Shown piece by piece: positions 53,660 through 62,331 of a DNA stretch of 64,000 bases. Numbering within the stretch: the stretch's first letter is position 1; each line of letters begins with the position of its first letter. Under the pieces are notes generated by a model. The model searched no databases. It was not told the origin of the DNA and saw nothing but the letters and a program-made list of their open reading frames with translations. Position numbers and translations under genes: made by a program. This DNA comes from a virus (lineage: Duplodnaviria > Caudoviricetes), in IMG/VR virus record IMGVR_UViG_3300033547_000001, positions 1 to 64,000 of that record; one strand, written 5' to 3'.

Positions 53660-54318
53660 GACTTCTTTCTCGCCCATGTGGCAAGCTTGGCTTGTCGGAT
53701 ACGTTCGCAAGTTTCTGGCGATCGCTTCAATCCTCGGCCAGCAATTCCTATTTTTGCCCGGGTCTCTGCCGATAGCACTCTTTTAGGTCTGGCAGCAAGC
53801 GCCTCCGGCGAGAACTTAAATCCGGACTTAGCGGTGCTGATCTTCAACCGCACCGATGGATGCTCCATTGCGGACTTCGTCGCTGCACTTATCCTAGACC
53901 GCCTCTCAGGAGAGATGGGCTTTCCTCTCAACGCAGCCGATCTCTTTGCATTGGATGCTGGCGTTCGCACCAGAGCGCGACTGGCATCAGCTATCTTAAC
54001 CAAAGCTTCAGCACCATGGCGGTTTCCAAGCATCGGATTGAAGTCGCCTCCAAGACCGACGTTGTAGCCGAATCTTCGGTCAGTAGTTCGAAATGCAGCA
54101 ATCGCCTTAATTTCCAGTTCGTGGATGTAATCCATCGAACCGATGACAAGAGTTCGCATTCTAGCTTCGTTGTACTTAGCAATGGCTGCACAAATTGGCC
54201 GTTTTAATCTCTTCGCATCCGACAGATGGTCGCGCCATCTAACTTCCGCCGTTCGGCCTGTGATACCGAAATAACGCTTACCATTTGGAAATTCGATGAC
54301 GTAGAGCAGATAGGACAT
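53656..54318 (-). CDS. GIY-YIG homing endonuclease with NUMOD3-like repeats
   Basis: LLYVI...RYFGIT, LEIKAI, GYN..LGG; repeated S.ETR.KI motifs; lower GC. Confidence 0.85.
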   Translation of the reverse strand: MSYLLYVIEFPNGKRYFGITGRTAEVRWRDHLSDAKRLKRPICAAIAKYNEARMRTLVIGSMDYIHELEIKAIAAFRTTDRRFGYNVGLGGDFNPMLGNRHGAEALVKIADASRALVRTPASNAKRSAALRGKPISPERRSRISAATKSAMEHPSVRLKISTAKSGFKFSPEALAARPKRVLSAETRAKIGIAGRGLKRSPETCERIRQAKLATWARKKS

Positions 54319-54320
54319 TG

Positions 54321-55328
54321 CTAGCTGAAACCTTTGATTACCGAGATGCTGACGCACCTACAATTAATCAAAGTTCCTGGCCAGATCCACTTCTTTTCAT
54401 GTGGATCGAACCATCCTTTTTTCACGTCAAAAAGCTTCCCGTTGTTCGCGAGGTGGGTCGGCCTAGGCACCTTGCCGCCGCCGCTGTGCCGCCACTTCGC
54501 CTGCGTGATGCCGAGCTCGACCTGGCGCACACGGTGCATATTCGCGGAAGCCTTGTTGTTCTGATCTCTGGCGATTAGCGCCGCCCGCCGCTTCGTGATC
54601 GGATACCGCGCTTCAAGCTCCTTCGCCAGCGTCCCCAGGTCTCGCCCCGCCGAGACCGACCGCATCACGAGGCCCTCGATGTCCGAGAAATACTCGCTGG
54701 CGATCGACCGGATCAGACCGACGTTCTCAGCGGTGGTCGCCTCGACCACATCCCTCATCGCCGGCGTCATCTGGAACTTCACCGAGAAGCCGCCCTGGCG
54801 CAGGATCGACCGCATTGACTTGTCCGTGCGCTGCGATACCGCCTTGGCGAAGTAATTTGCCAACTTCGGCGCCGCGGCGTCGATGTTCGCCGTCCACCGG
54901 TCCGCCATCTGCCTCACGGCCTTCGACATCACGACCGCCGGCGAATGCCTCATGGCGATCTTGGCCACGTCCAGCGCTGCCTCGCGCGTCTTCCAGGTGC
55001 GCACGGCGCCGTCCGAGCGCCTCAGTACGATCCCGTCGACGTAGGCCCGCCATGTGCCGTTCTCCGTCAGCCTCGCGTCGGGCCCGCTCAGGCTCGGCTT
55101 TGGCGAGTATCGATCCGCTGGCGCATCGTCCATCGCCATCGCTGGCGGGTTGTTGCGATAGGCAGACTTCAGCCAATAGACGGTCGAGTCGTTCATCTCC
55201 TCGATCAGGCGCAGCAGCCGAGCCCTGTACTCGACCTGGATCCCGAGATTGGGGTGCAGCGGACGGAGCTTGATCTCCTTGCCGCGCGAAGGAAGCACTT
55301 CGGTAGCTTGGAAAGGAGATCGTGCCAT
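54321..55328 (-). CDS. Head morphogenesis protein (MuF/SPP1 gp7-like) with internal insertion
   Basis: RAALIARDQNNK, WRHSG, RPTH, PGTLINCRC. Confidence 0.88.
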   Translation of the reverse strand: MARSPFQATEVLPSRGKEIKLRPLHPNLGIQVEYRARLLRLIEEMNDSTVYWLKSAYRNNPPAMAMDDAPADRYSPKPSLSGPDARLTENGTWRAYVDGIVLRRSDGAVRTWKTREAALDVAKIAMRHSPAVVMSKAVRQMADRWTANIDAAAPKLANYFAKAVSQRTDKSMRSILRQGGFSVKFQMTPAMRDVVEATTAENVGLIRSIASEYFSDIEGLVMRSVSAGRDLGTLAKELEARYPITKRRAALIARDQNNKASANMHRVRQVELGITQAKWRHSGGGKVPRPTHLANNGKLFDVKKGWFDPHEKKWIWPGTLINCRCVSISVIKGFS

Positions 55329-55521
55329 GTACACCTGATTTCTCGATCTGGCGATAGAGCTTGATTAGATCCCTATAGATCTCGGCATCAATGTCGATCG
55401 AAACCATCGGTGCTATAGGATCACCGTATTCGGCGATAATTCGCTGTAGGTAACCGAGCCTTGGCCGGATGACCGATATCGACGCCGCGCCGGCGAGGAA
55501 AGACCGGCGCGTCATGTCCAT
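55329..55521 (-). CDS. Hypothetical protein with twin-arginine-like start; true end unclear
   Basis: MDMTRRSFLAGAAS; the frame continues without a stop to 54727, overlapping MuF. Only the non-overlapping part is listed. Confidence 0.35.
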
Positions 55522-55606
55522 AGCGCGACTCCACCGTTCGCGTCTGCTTTTAGCCAGATCACGTCATCACCACGCTCGTCGTGGGTCGTTTCGTGCGTGA
55601 CACGGA

Positions 55607-56065
55607 TTATGTCCCGATCCTCTTGAGCCCGTAGCCCGATGCGATCCCGTCGAGCGATTTCCCGATCGCAGTCTCGATATCGATCGTGGCGCTCAGGTTG
55701 TGGTCGACCAGCCACTGGATGACCCGCTTGCGGAGGCTCGCGTCGTCTTCTGGTGGTGACGCCGTGTTCGCCTCAGCGAAGAGCCTCATCTCGGCCTCAG
55801 CCTTGACTGCGTCGGTCACGCTGACCTGCCCGCTCATCAGCATCGCAGCGTTGTAGAGAATGCCGGCGAGGTCCCTCACATCGTTGACATAGTACGATGG
55901 AAGGTCGACCGCTCCCTTCAAGGCATGCAGCCTGTTCCGCACATTGCCCAGCAGAAACTCAGCGTATCGCCGGCTGACGGTTGGGCGCCATTCTCCCGCA
56001 CCATCATTGCGAACTCGTTCCTTCATGGCATCGAGCCGCTTCTCGTAGTCGATATGGTTGAACAT
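55607..56065 (-). CDS. Hypothetical protein
   Basis: GAGGGAG RBS, ATG 56065. Confidence 0.65.
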   Translation of the reverse strand: MFNHIDYEKRLDAMKERVRNDGAGEWRPTVSRRYAEFLLGNVRNRLHALKGAVDLPSYYVNDVRDLAGILYNAAMLMSGQVSVTDAVKAEAEMRLFAEANTASPPEDDASLRKRVIQWLVDHNLSATIDIETAIGKSLDGIASGYGLKRIGT

Positions 56066-56144
56066 TTGATGCTCCCTCAGACGCCTATTCGTCGTCGGGA
56101 TCCTCTACAACGTTTCCATCCTCGTCGACAATACTAGAAAGCCG

Positions 56145-59033
56145 TCACCCCTTGCTGCCGTAGCCGGATTCGCCCAAGATCTTGAGCATCTGTGCAGCAC
56201 CGGCTGGGGATGATGCGACGTTTTTTACCTCTTCAGGAACGGAGTTCCACGCGATTCCCCCGTTCTCCTTGTATTCGGGCTTCCATCCGCTCGACAGAGC
56301 CTTGGTTATGACGTTCTCGCGGTGCTTGTAGACCTCATCTTTTTGCTTTGCTGCCTCCTGCCGCTGGGCCGCTTCTTCCGCAGCACGAGCGGCTGACGAC
56401 ATATTCTTCCAGCGATCGAAATCTTTGCGATATTCGGAATGCTGCTTCGAAACATCGTCATGCTCGTTGTTGATGACCTGATCAACTTCTTCGAGCGCAG
56501 CCCGCAGTTCGTCTCGAAGATTTCCTATTTCCTCCCGCAGAGCTTCTTCGGCATCCACGATATCGCTCTCGACTTCTTCGGCGTCGATGTCCTCGTCCGA
56601 GATCCTATCGCCATCTTCATCCAACCCGTGAATGAGATGATGCAAATTATCGGATGTCGAATTTAGCTCTTCGAAGCGACCGGATATATCCTGCACAATG
56701 CGGCTGATCTCGCCAGATTGGATGTGCGATAGACCAAATTCTTCGAGACTTAGCTTCTTGAAAGAAGATCCTTCCGGCTTGTCCCCGGCCAAAGCATCCA
56801 GCTTGTTGGCAATATCAACGAGATTGTTTCGCACCTTGGCGACAACTGCGGGAGCTTTCTCGTATGCATATTCTTGAGCGTTCTGCTCCGCCTCGAACTC
56901 CATCCCCTCGTCTAAGTCCGCGCGATCCTCTGGAGTGACATCCCAGACATCGCTGATTACTCCGTTGAACTCGTCATTCAAATCTACAAGTTTGGAATGG
57001 AGCTTCTCGCTTACCTTTGCCGCCTTATCAAGTTTGAGCTCCTTGGCCGACTTCGAGAGCGATTGCGCCCCAGTGGATCCGAATTTTCCGTCCGGCGCGC
57101 GCGGGTGGTCGGATTCATTGAACTCATCCCACGCGGTATGAACGAAAGGGATGACGGCATCGTTGGCCCCGCCTCCGTCGTCTTCGCTCTCGCCACCGGC
57201 GCCGCCTTGCGCTTTGCCGCCCTTGACGACGAGGCCCTCTTCCTCTTCCTCAGCCAGGTCCGGGAGATGCTCAGGCGGCAGCCCGTTGTAGGGCGAATTT
57301 TCATCGGAGACGATAACGCTGCGGACTTCGCCCTGGCCGATCGCGCCGAGGTCGACGTAGATCGTATGCGTCTCGGCCTCGATCTTGCGGACCTCGGCCT
57401 GGCCCTTCTCGTCGAGGGACCACAGCGGCTCGAACTCGAATCCGATCGCGGGGTCAACCTCGCCATAAAGGTCGAGCTGAATGAAATTGATGATCGTCTG
57501 CAGCTTGTAGCGCCATAGCGACTCCTGCATCGCGTTGACGAAATCATAAAACACCCGCAACTCGCCTTCGCTCGAGGCGTTCAGGCCAGTCGGAGTGATG
57601 CCGAGGAGGACGATCAGAGGAAGTCCTGAGACGCTTGAAAGCTGCTCCTGCGACTGCGCCTGCAGCGCGTCGAGCGTTCCAAGAGGCGTCGAGACGTTGA
57701 AGAACTCCTCGGTCTCCTTGTCTAAGACCATCGAGCCCATGTTCTGCCGCGTCTCGGCGAACAACTCGATACGGTCGACGACCTCCTCGCCGCCTCCCTG
57801 CAGCAGGCTCTGGGCGTTGGTGTAGATCCCGCTGACCGAGAAGCTCTCGATCAGGTCGGTGACGGCCTGGCGCGTGCGAAGCCAGTTGTCGACGTACGGC
57901 TTCGCCATCTGCGACAGCGACAACCCACCAAAGGCGTAGGCTGGCTTGAGCAGGTCCGGAACCTCGCGGCCAACGAATGTCAGCAGGCGCGATCGGTGGA
58001 TCTGCTTCTGCATCGCGAACCAGACATCGGGACGATACCAATCGTCCGCCAACGGGTCGGTCGCGTTGTAGCGCACAGGGTAGCACCACACGGGCTCGAT
58101 GTGCTTCAGCGCCTTGAACGATCCCTTCTTGAACTTGCGCTTGCTGACGTCATTCGATCCGTCACCGAGGTCGGTGAGCAGCTCGGCCGGATCATCCCCG
58201 TCGCCGGTGTCGATGTAGAGGTGGCTCCTGCCCATCCAGCAGTCGTATTCGGCGACGTTCTTGAAGCGGCCGCGGACGTCGAGCTTCTTCATGCGCTCGT
58301 TGATCTTGCGCAGCTTGCGCTCACGCGCCTTCTGCTCCGGGCTCGCCTCCACCGGCTTGGGCTTCGGCCGCTGCTTCTGGAGCGCGGCCTCCTCGTCTTC
58401 CTCCTGCGGCGCGCGCTCGGCCGCGATCGATATCTTGCTGGTCGGCGCCTTGTCCTGGGCGACCTTCTTGCCGTCGTCGTCCTCGTCCGTGTCGTCCTCG
58501 CCCTCGCTGGCGATCGTGAGCCGGATCCACTTCCGGGTCATCTCGGTCGCGAGGCGCTCGCCCATCCTGCGATATTCGGGGCGCAGCGTGAGTTCGGACA
58601 GATAGGCATAACCGAGGAACGCCAAGCCTTCGGCAAACGCCGCGCCGAAGCCGCCCGACATGCTCATCGCCGAGCTGAATGAATCGTTTGCCCAACTGGC
58701 GAGGTCGCTGTCCATGGCCAGCGCCGGTTCCCTACCGGGCGGCAGGACGCCCGGTGGGGGGTTGTAGGCCTGGAACGGATTGACCGCAGTGATCTGCCCG
58801 AAGATCGTATCCCCGCCTCCGCGCTCCATGGCTTGGCGCATACGGCGCCCTCGGATCTTCGCCCGCACACTGGGGTTGATCTTGAGCGCTGTCTTCGGCG
58901 CTGGTTGAGCGGGCGCTGACGGCTCAGCTGGCTTGGCAGGCGCTGGCGTCGGCGCGTGGTTGATCACGCCCATCACCGACCTACGGATCAACTCCGAAGC
59001 CTCGGTTTGCTTCCTGTAGCGCGTCACGGTCAC
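56145..59033 (-). CDS. Portal protein (DUF1073-like) with C-terminal acidic extension
   Basis: RPEYRRM..EMTRKWI, IHRSRLL, GGLSLSQ, TPLGTLD..AQSQE, LLGITP.GLNAS.EGE; follows terminase. Confidence 0.88.
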   Translation of the reverse strand: MTVTRYRKQTEASELIRRSVMGVINHAPTPAPAKPAEPSAPAQPAPKTALKINPSVRAKIRGRRMRQAMERGGGDTIFGQITAVNPFQAYNPPPGVLPPGREPALAMDSDLASWANDSFSSAMSMSGGFGAAFAEGLAFLGYAYLSELTLRPEYRRMGERLATEMTRKWIRLTIASEGEDDTDEDDDGKKVAQDKAPTSKISIAAERAPQEEDEEAALQKQRPKPKPVEASPEQKARERKLRKINERMKKLDVRGRFKNVAEYDCWMGRSHLYIDTGDGDDPAELLTDLGDGSNDVSKRKFKKGSFKALKHIEPVWCYPVRYNATDPLADDWYRPDVWFAMQKQIHRSRLLTFVGREVPDLLKPAYAFGGLSLSQMAKPYVDNWLRTRQAVTDLIESFSVSGIYTNAQSLLQGGGEEVVDRIELFAETRQNMGSMVLDKETEEFFNVSTPLGTLDALQAQSQEQLSSVSGLPLIVLLGITPTGLNASSEGELRVFYDFVNAMQESLWRYKLQTIINFIQLDLYGEVDPAIGFEFEPLWSLDEKGQAEVRKIEAETHTIYVDLGAIGQGEVRSVIVSDENSPYNGLPPEHLPDLAEEEEEGLVVKGGKAQGGAGGESEDDGGGANDAVIPFVHTAWDEFNESDHPRAPDGKFGSTGAQSLSKSAKELKLDKAAKVSEKLHSKLVDLNDEFNGVISDVWDVTPEDRADLDEGMEFEAEQNAQEYAYEKAPAVVAKVRNNLVDIANKLDALAGDKPEGSSFKKLSLEEFGLSHIQSGEISRIVQDISGRFEELNSTSDNLHHLIHGLDEDGDRISDEDIDAEEVESDIVDAEEALREEIGNLRDELRAALEEVDQVINNEHDDVSKQHSEYRKDFDRWKNMSSAARAAEEAAQRQEAAKQKDEVYKHRENVITKALSSGWKPEYKENGGIAWNSVPEEVKNVASSPAGAAQMLKILGESGYGSKG

Positions 59034-60358
59034 GCCCGGCGCCCGCCCATGGATGCCACCTTCGCACGAATGTTCTTGCTGATCTTCATCGGCAGCCTCA
59101 CGTGTGTTCGATGGTAGGCCGCCAGTGCCAACGCCATGACGCAGTCGTCGTGGAATCCTTCCGGCGCCTCATAGCGGACACCGGTCCGGGTATAGACATA
59201 CTCGAAGCTTTCCAACTCGCGACGAATGTGACCCGGATGATCATGCGGAAGTACGCCGTCGGGCGCATCTGGGAACGAAACCTCGCCCGTATGGATCGCG
59301 ATCTGAAGTGCCTCCATCAGGATCTGCTTGGACTGCTGGCTGAAGATATAGCCCTCGACTCGCGCTCCTGGCTTCTTCTGCAGTCGTTCGACGACCACGT
59401 CGCCAACGCCCGTGCTGTCAGCGAGCGTCGGCGTCGTGCCGATCGACGCGTGGATAAGCGGGTATTGCGCCTCCCACCCGATCTGCATGCGCATGAACTT
59501 GCCGAGCCGGCCGTACTGGTCGAGGCCGCAGTCCACCGTCCAGTCCTGCTTTTTAGCGAAGTCCAGCCCGTGCACGATCACGGGCCCGGTCGTCATCGGC
59601 TGCACGCACGCGGCGATCGCCCTCAGGCCGAATGGGTTGCCCTGGTCGTCGCTCGGCTCGGCGAGGTACAGCTCCTTGAACACCGCCTCGGGGAGAACCT
59701 TGCGAGCGTCCTCGACCTCATCGGCCTCCAGGACGTGCGCAGCAATCGCGTCGATCGCCGTGATCTTGTGGTAACCGAAGTTGGCGTCGTCGCCCTTCTC
59801 GGCCTTCCTGGCGAGCTGGTAGAACCAGTTGCGGCGCCCCTTGACGTTGCCGATGATCCTGATCGGGCCGCGGGTGGCCGTCAGCGTCGACCGGACAGCG
59901 AACCAGGAATCCTCCTTCGTGCGCGAGGCCTCGTCCATTACCGCCGCATAGACGTCCTCGCCGTAGAGCGAATCCGGCTTGTCGGCCGACTTGAACCAAA
60001 GCACCGCGCCGTTGATCAGCGTGATGGTCTTGAGCGTCTGGTTCTCGGTCCGAAGATCGTGCGGGATCGCCCGCAATGCCCGTCGAAAGGCGATGTCTGC
60101 TTGCCCGCTTACTGGCGCTATCCACCAATAGTTCCATCCCTCCTGACCATGCAGAGCCTGTTCAAAAAACCAGACAATACATGCACTTGTCTTTCCCGCC
60201 TTAGTGGACGCCTCGATCAGTGAATAACGCCGCGAGTCGAAGATCGCGTGCAGCTGCTTCGGATAGAGGTAGGGCCGCTCGTAGTCGAGGATGTACTCCT
60301 CGAGGTCCGCGACCGCGCCTATCTTGCCGGTGCCCTCCTGGGCCTCGTTGATCGCCAC
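59030..60358 (-). CDS. terL: Terminase large subunit
   Basis: Walker A ASTKAGKT, Walker B AVMDEA, nuclease GLDFAK..D and HDDCVMAL. Confidence 0.92.
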   Translation of the reverse strand: MAINEAQEGTGKIGAVADLEEYILDYERPYLYPKQLHAIFDSRRYSLIEASTKAGKTSACIVWFFEQALHGQEGWNYWWIAPVSGQADIAFRRALRAIPHDLRTENQTLKTITLINGAVLWFKSADKPDSLYGEDVYAAVMDEASRTKEDSWFAVRSTLTATRGPIRIIGNVKGRRNWFYQLARKAEKGDDANFGYHKITAIDAIAAHVLEADEVEDARKVLPEAVFKELYLAEPSDDQGNPFGLRAIAACVQPMTTGPVIVHGLDFAKKQDWTVDCGLDQYGRLGKFMRMQIGWEAQYPLIHASIGTTPTLADSTGVGDVVVERLQKKPGARVEGYIFSQQSKQILMEALQIAIHTGEVSFPDAPDGVLPHDHPGHIRRELESFEYVYTRTGVRYEAPEGFHDDCVMALALAAYHRTHVRLPMKISKNIRAKVASMGGRRA

Positions 60359-60862
60359 TCAGTTCAGCTTCGACGGTCCGGCGCCGTTGGTGCCTTTCGC
60401 CGGCTTGGTGACCGAGGTGGTGGCCACGACATCGATGTGCCGCGGCGCCGGACGGCCCTGGCCGTCGAAGATCCCCACCGTGAACCGCTTCTTGACCGCG
60501 CCGCGCTCGGGCGGAGGCGCCACCACCTGGACAGCGGCCAGCTTGGGGCTCTGGTAAGCCGCCAGATCGGAGGCTGCCTTCAGCGCCAGCTTGGCATACT
60601 TCTCGAACATGGGCTCATTCGCCGATTTCGCCCACACCTGCAGCGCCTGCTCGGTCGGCGCCGTCGGCTGGAACTTGGCGGCGACCCCCATGAACAGCAC
60701 CATGAACTCCTCGAGGACCTCCTTGCCCAGCTTCTTGCCGGACATGGCGGCCTCGTTCATCACGCGCTCGGCAAGGATCTCGCGCTCGATCGTCTTGCGG
60801 TACTTCTGGCCCTTCTTGCTCCCGCCCCCGTTACGAGTTCCCGGTTTGGCTCCTCTTGGCAT
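60359..60862 (-). CDS. Terminase small subunit (putative)
   Basis: GGSKKG..YRKT N-terminus, A...AAYQSPKL; directly upstream of terL. Confidence 0.6.
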   Translation of the reverse strand: MPRGAKPGTRNGGGSKKGQKYRKTIEREILAERVMNEAAMSGKKLGKEVLEEFMVLFMGVAAKFQPTAPTEQALQVWAKSANEPMFEKYAKLALKAASDLAAYQSPKLAAVQVVAPPPERGAVKKRFTVGIFDGQGRPAPRHIDVVATTSVTKPAKGTNGAGPSKLN

Positions 60863-60916
60863 CAGGCACGTCCCCGGATTCTGTAGGATCTGTGAACAAG
60901 GGCACGCAGCACGGGT

Positions 60917-61144
60917 TCAGCTCCTAGACGGCCGGGAGCTCTTGGCGCACCCCAGCAGGACGCAGTCGCCGGGCGTTCGGCACTGATCGAAGCATGCGAA
61001 GGGGAAGCCGCCCAGCACCGGGGATCCGTCCTTGGCGCTGAACACGCTCCCGAGGAGCGGGGCGCAGCCTGGCATTGGCGCGTAGAGGTCGAACCGATCC
61101 CCTCCCTCAGTCCAATGCCCCTTCCTGCGGCTTCTTTCCGCCAT
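60917..61144 (-). CDS. Hypothetical protein
   Basis: GAGGAG RBS. Confidence 0.5.
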   Translation of the reverse strand: MAERSRRKGHWTEGGDRFDLYAPMPGCAPLLGSVFSAKDGSPVLGGFPFACFDQCRTPGDCVLLGCAKSSRPSRS

Positions 61145-61160
61145 GGCTTCGGCTCCTCGT

Positions 61161-61212
61161 GAGGGGGCTCCGCCCCCTCCTCGTCATCACCGACCCGTTA
61201 GGGGTTTGTCAA
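61161..61212 (-). promoter_or_regulatory. Candidate late promoter with leader hairpin
   Basis: Perfect TTGACA (61212-61207) but poor -10; GAGGGGG/CCCCCTC hairpin at 61161-61179. Confidence 0.3.
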
Positions 61213-61413
61213 CCTGTTGGGCCCAATGTGCGCACGGTCACGGCATGTTGCCGGACGATTGCCCAAAAGGATCCCTGATTATGCGGTTGAGTATGCGAGC
61301 AAAATGCGCCTGTGGCGCCCCCCGCCTCTACCTCTGCCGGTGCTGCTATGGCGGGTGCATGTGCCCAGCCCATCGCCCGGTCGAGGAAAATGCAACAATT
61401 GCTCATAAACCAG

Positions 61414-61453
61414 TTGATGCGAACCCGAAAGCAGCCTATACCGATAGTTGAGT
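61414..61453 (+). promoter_or_regulatory. Sigma70-type promoter with AGTTGAG box
   Basis: TTGATG-N17-TATACCGATAGTTGAGT; 17-mer identical to 8360-8376. Confidence 0.65.
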
Positions 61454-61481
61454 TTAACCCTGACACCCGGAGGAAAGCCTG

Positions 61482-61613
61482 ATGTCCCCCCCCCTAAAGC
61501 AACGCCCCCTCTTCGACTTCCGCTCGATGCTGATTACCATCCCGATCGCCCTGATCGGTGGTCTCACCCTGCTATTCGTCGCGATCGCGCCGATCAACTG
61601 GGGTCCGGTCTAA
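61482..61613 (+). CDS. 43-aa single-pass membrane peptide
   Basis: Not in ORF track; GGAGG RBS; MSPPLKQRPLFDFRSMLITIPIALIGGLTLLFVAIAPINWGPV. Confidence 0.65.
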   Translation: MSPPLKQRPLFDFRSMLITIPIALIGGLTLLFVAIAPINWGPV

Positions 61614-61822
61614 TGGACGACGCTACACGGGCAGCGACCCTTAACCGCATCGTCGAGAACAACCGCCGCAAGATGCTCGACGTCATGGAGGGCATCAGCA
61701 ACCTTCGGCGCCACAACACGCCCGAGACCTCGTTCGCCTTCCGCGCCGCCGTCGTCGAGCTCTACCGCGCCCGGGATCGGGTGTGGGACGCCCAGAACTT
61801 CGCTGCAACTCCTCGGATTTAG
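61613..61822 (+). CDS. Hypothetical protein
   Basis: TAATG overlap with preceding gene. Confidence 0.6.
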   Translation: MDDATRAATLNRIVENNRRKMLDVMEGISNLRRHNTPETSFAFRAAVVELYRARDRVWDAQNFAATPRI

Positions 61823-62007
61823 AGCTTATCGAAGCGCCCGGCATGCCCGGGCGTCACGATGCGCTTACCGCATCATCGACAAGAGGAGGAAAGACCTTGT
61901 CAACCGACAGACCGCACCTCGCCGCATTGGCGAATAAATTCTGCGCATGGAAGGCTATGAGTGCACCGGCCACGGTGCAGGCCATCAACAACCAGGAGAC
62001 CACCACC

Positions 62008-62286
62008 ATGACGAAAGCTGCAGCTGTGAAGAAGACCAAGAACTTAAAGGCCAAGGCCAATACTGCGAACAAATCTCGTGCTGCTGCGAGCTTGGCCACA
62101 GGCCGCAAGGGGCAGGTCATTGCGATGCTCAAACGTCCCTCTGGCGCAACTACCGAGGACATCTGCAAGTCGACCGGCATGCTCCCACACAGCGCTCGAG
62201 CGTTGATCAGCGGCATCGCCAAGACGGAGAGGGTCGCAACAACCAAAGCAAGCCGCGAGGATCCGACGGTCTATAAGATCGGCTGA
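62008..62286 (+). CDS. DUF3489-like HTH protein (alternative TTG start at 61897)
   Basis: KGQVIAMLKRPSGAT..I...TG..PHS.RA.ISG; CAGGAG RBS. Confidence 0.75.
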   Translation: MTKAAAVKKTKNLKAKANTANKSRAAASLATGRKGQVIAMLKRPSGATTEDICKSTGMLPHSARALISGIAKTERVATTKASREDPTVYKIG

Positions 62287-62305
62287 CCTGATGCACCGAA
62301 TGAAG

Positions 62306-62331
62306 AGCCCGGCCTTAGTGCCGGGCTTTTT
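62306..62331 (+). terminator. Intrinsic terminator
   Basis: AGCCCGGC-CTTAGT-GCCGGGCT-TTTT. Confidence 0.8.

Noticed and set aside
56145-59033. Calling the DUF1073 protein an anti-CBASS nuclease
   Set aside because: Position after terL and the motifs indicate portal; I see no 2H phosphoesterase HxT/S pair in the extension.
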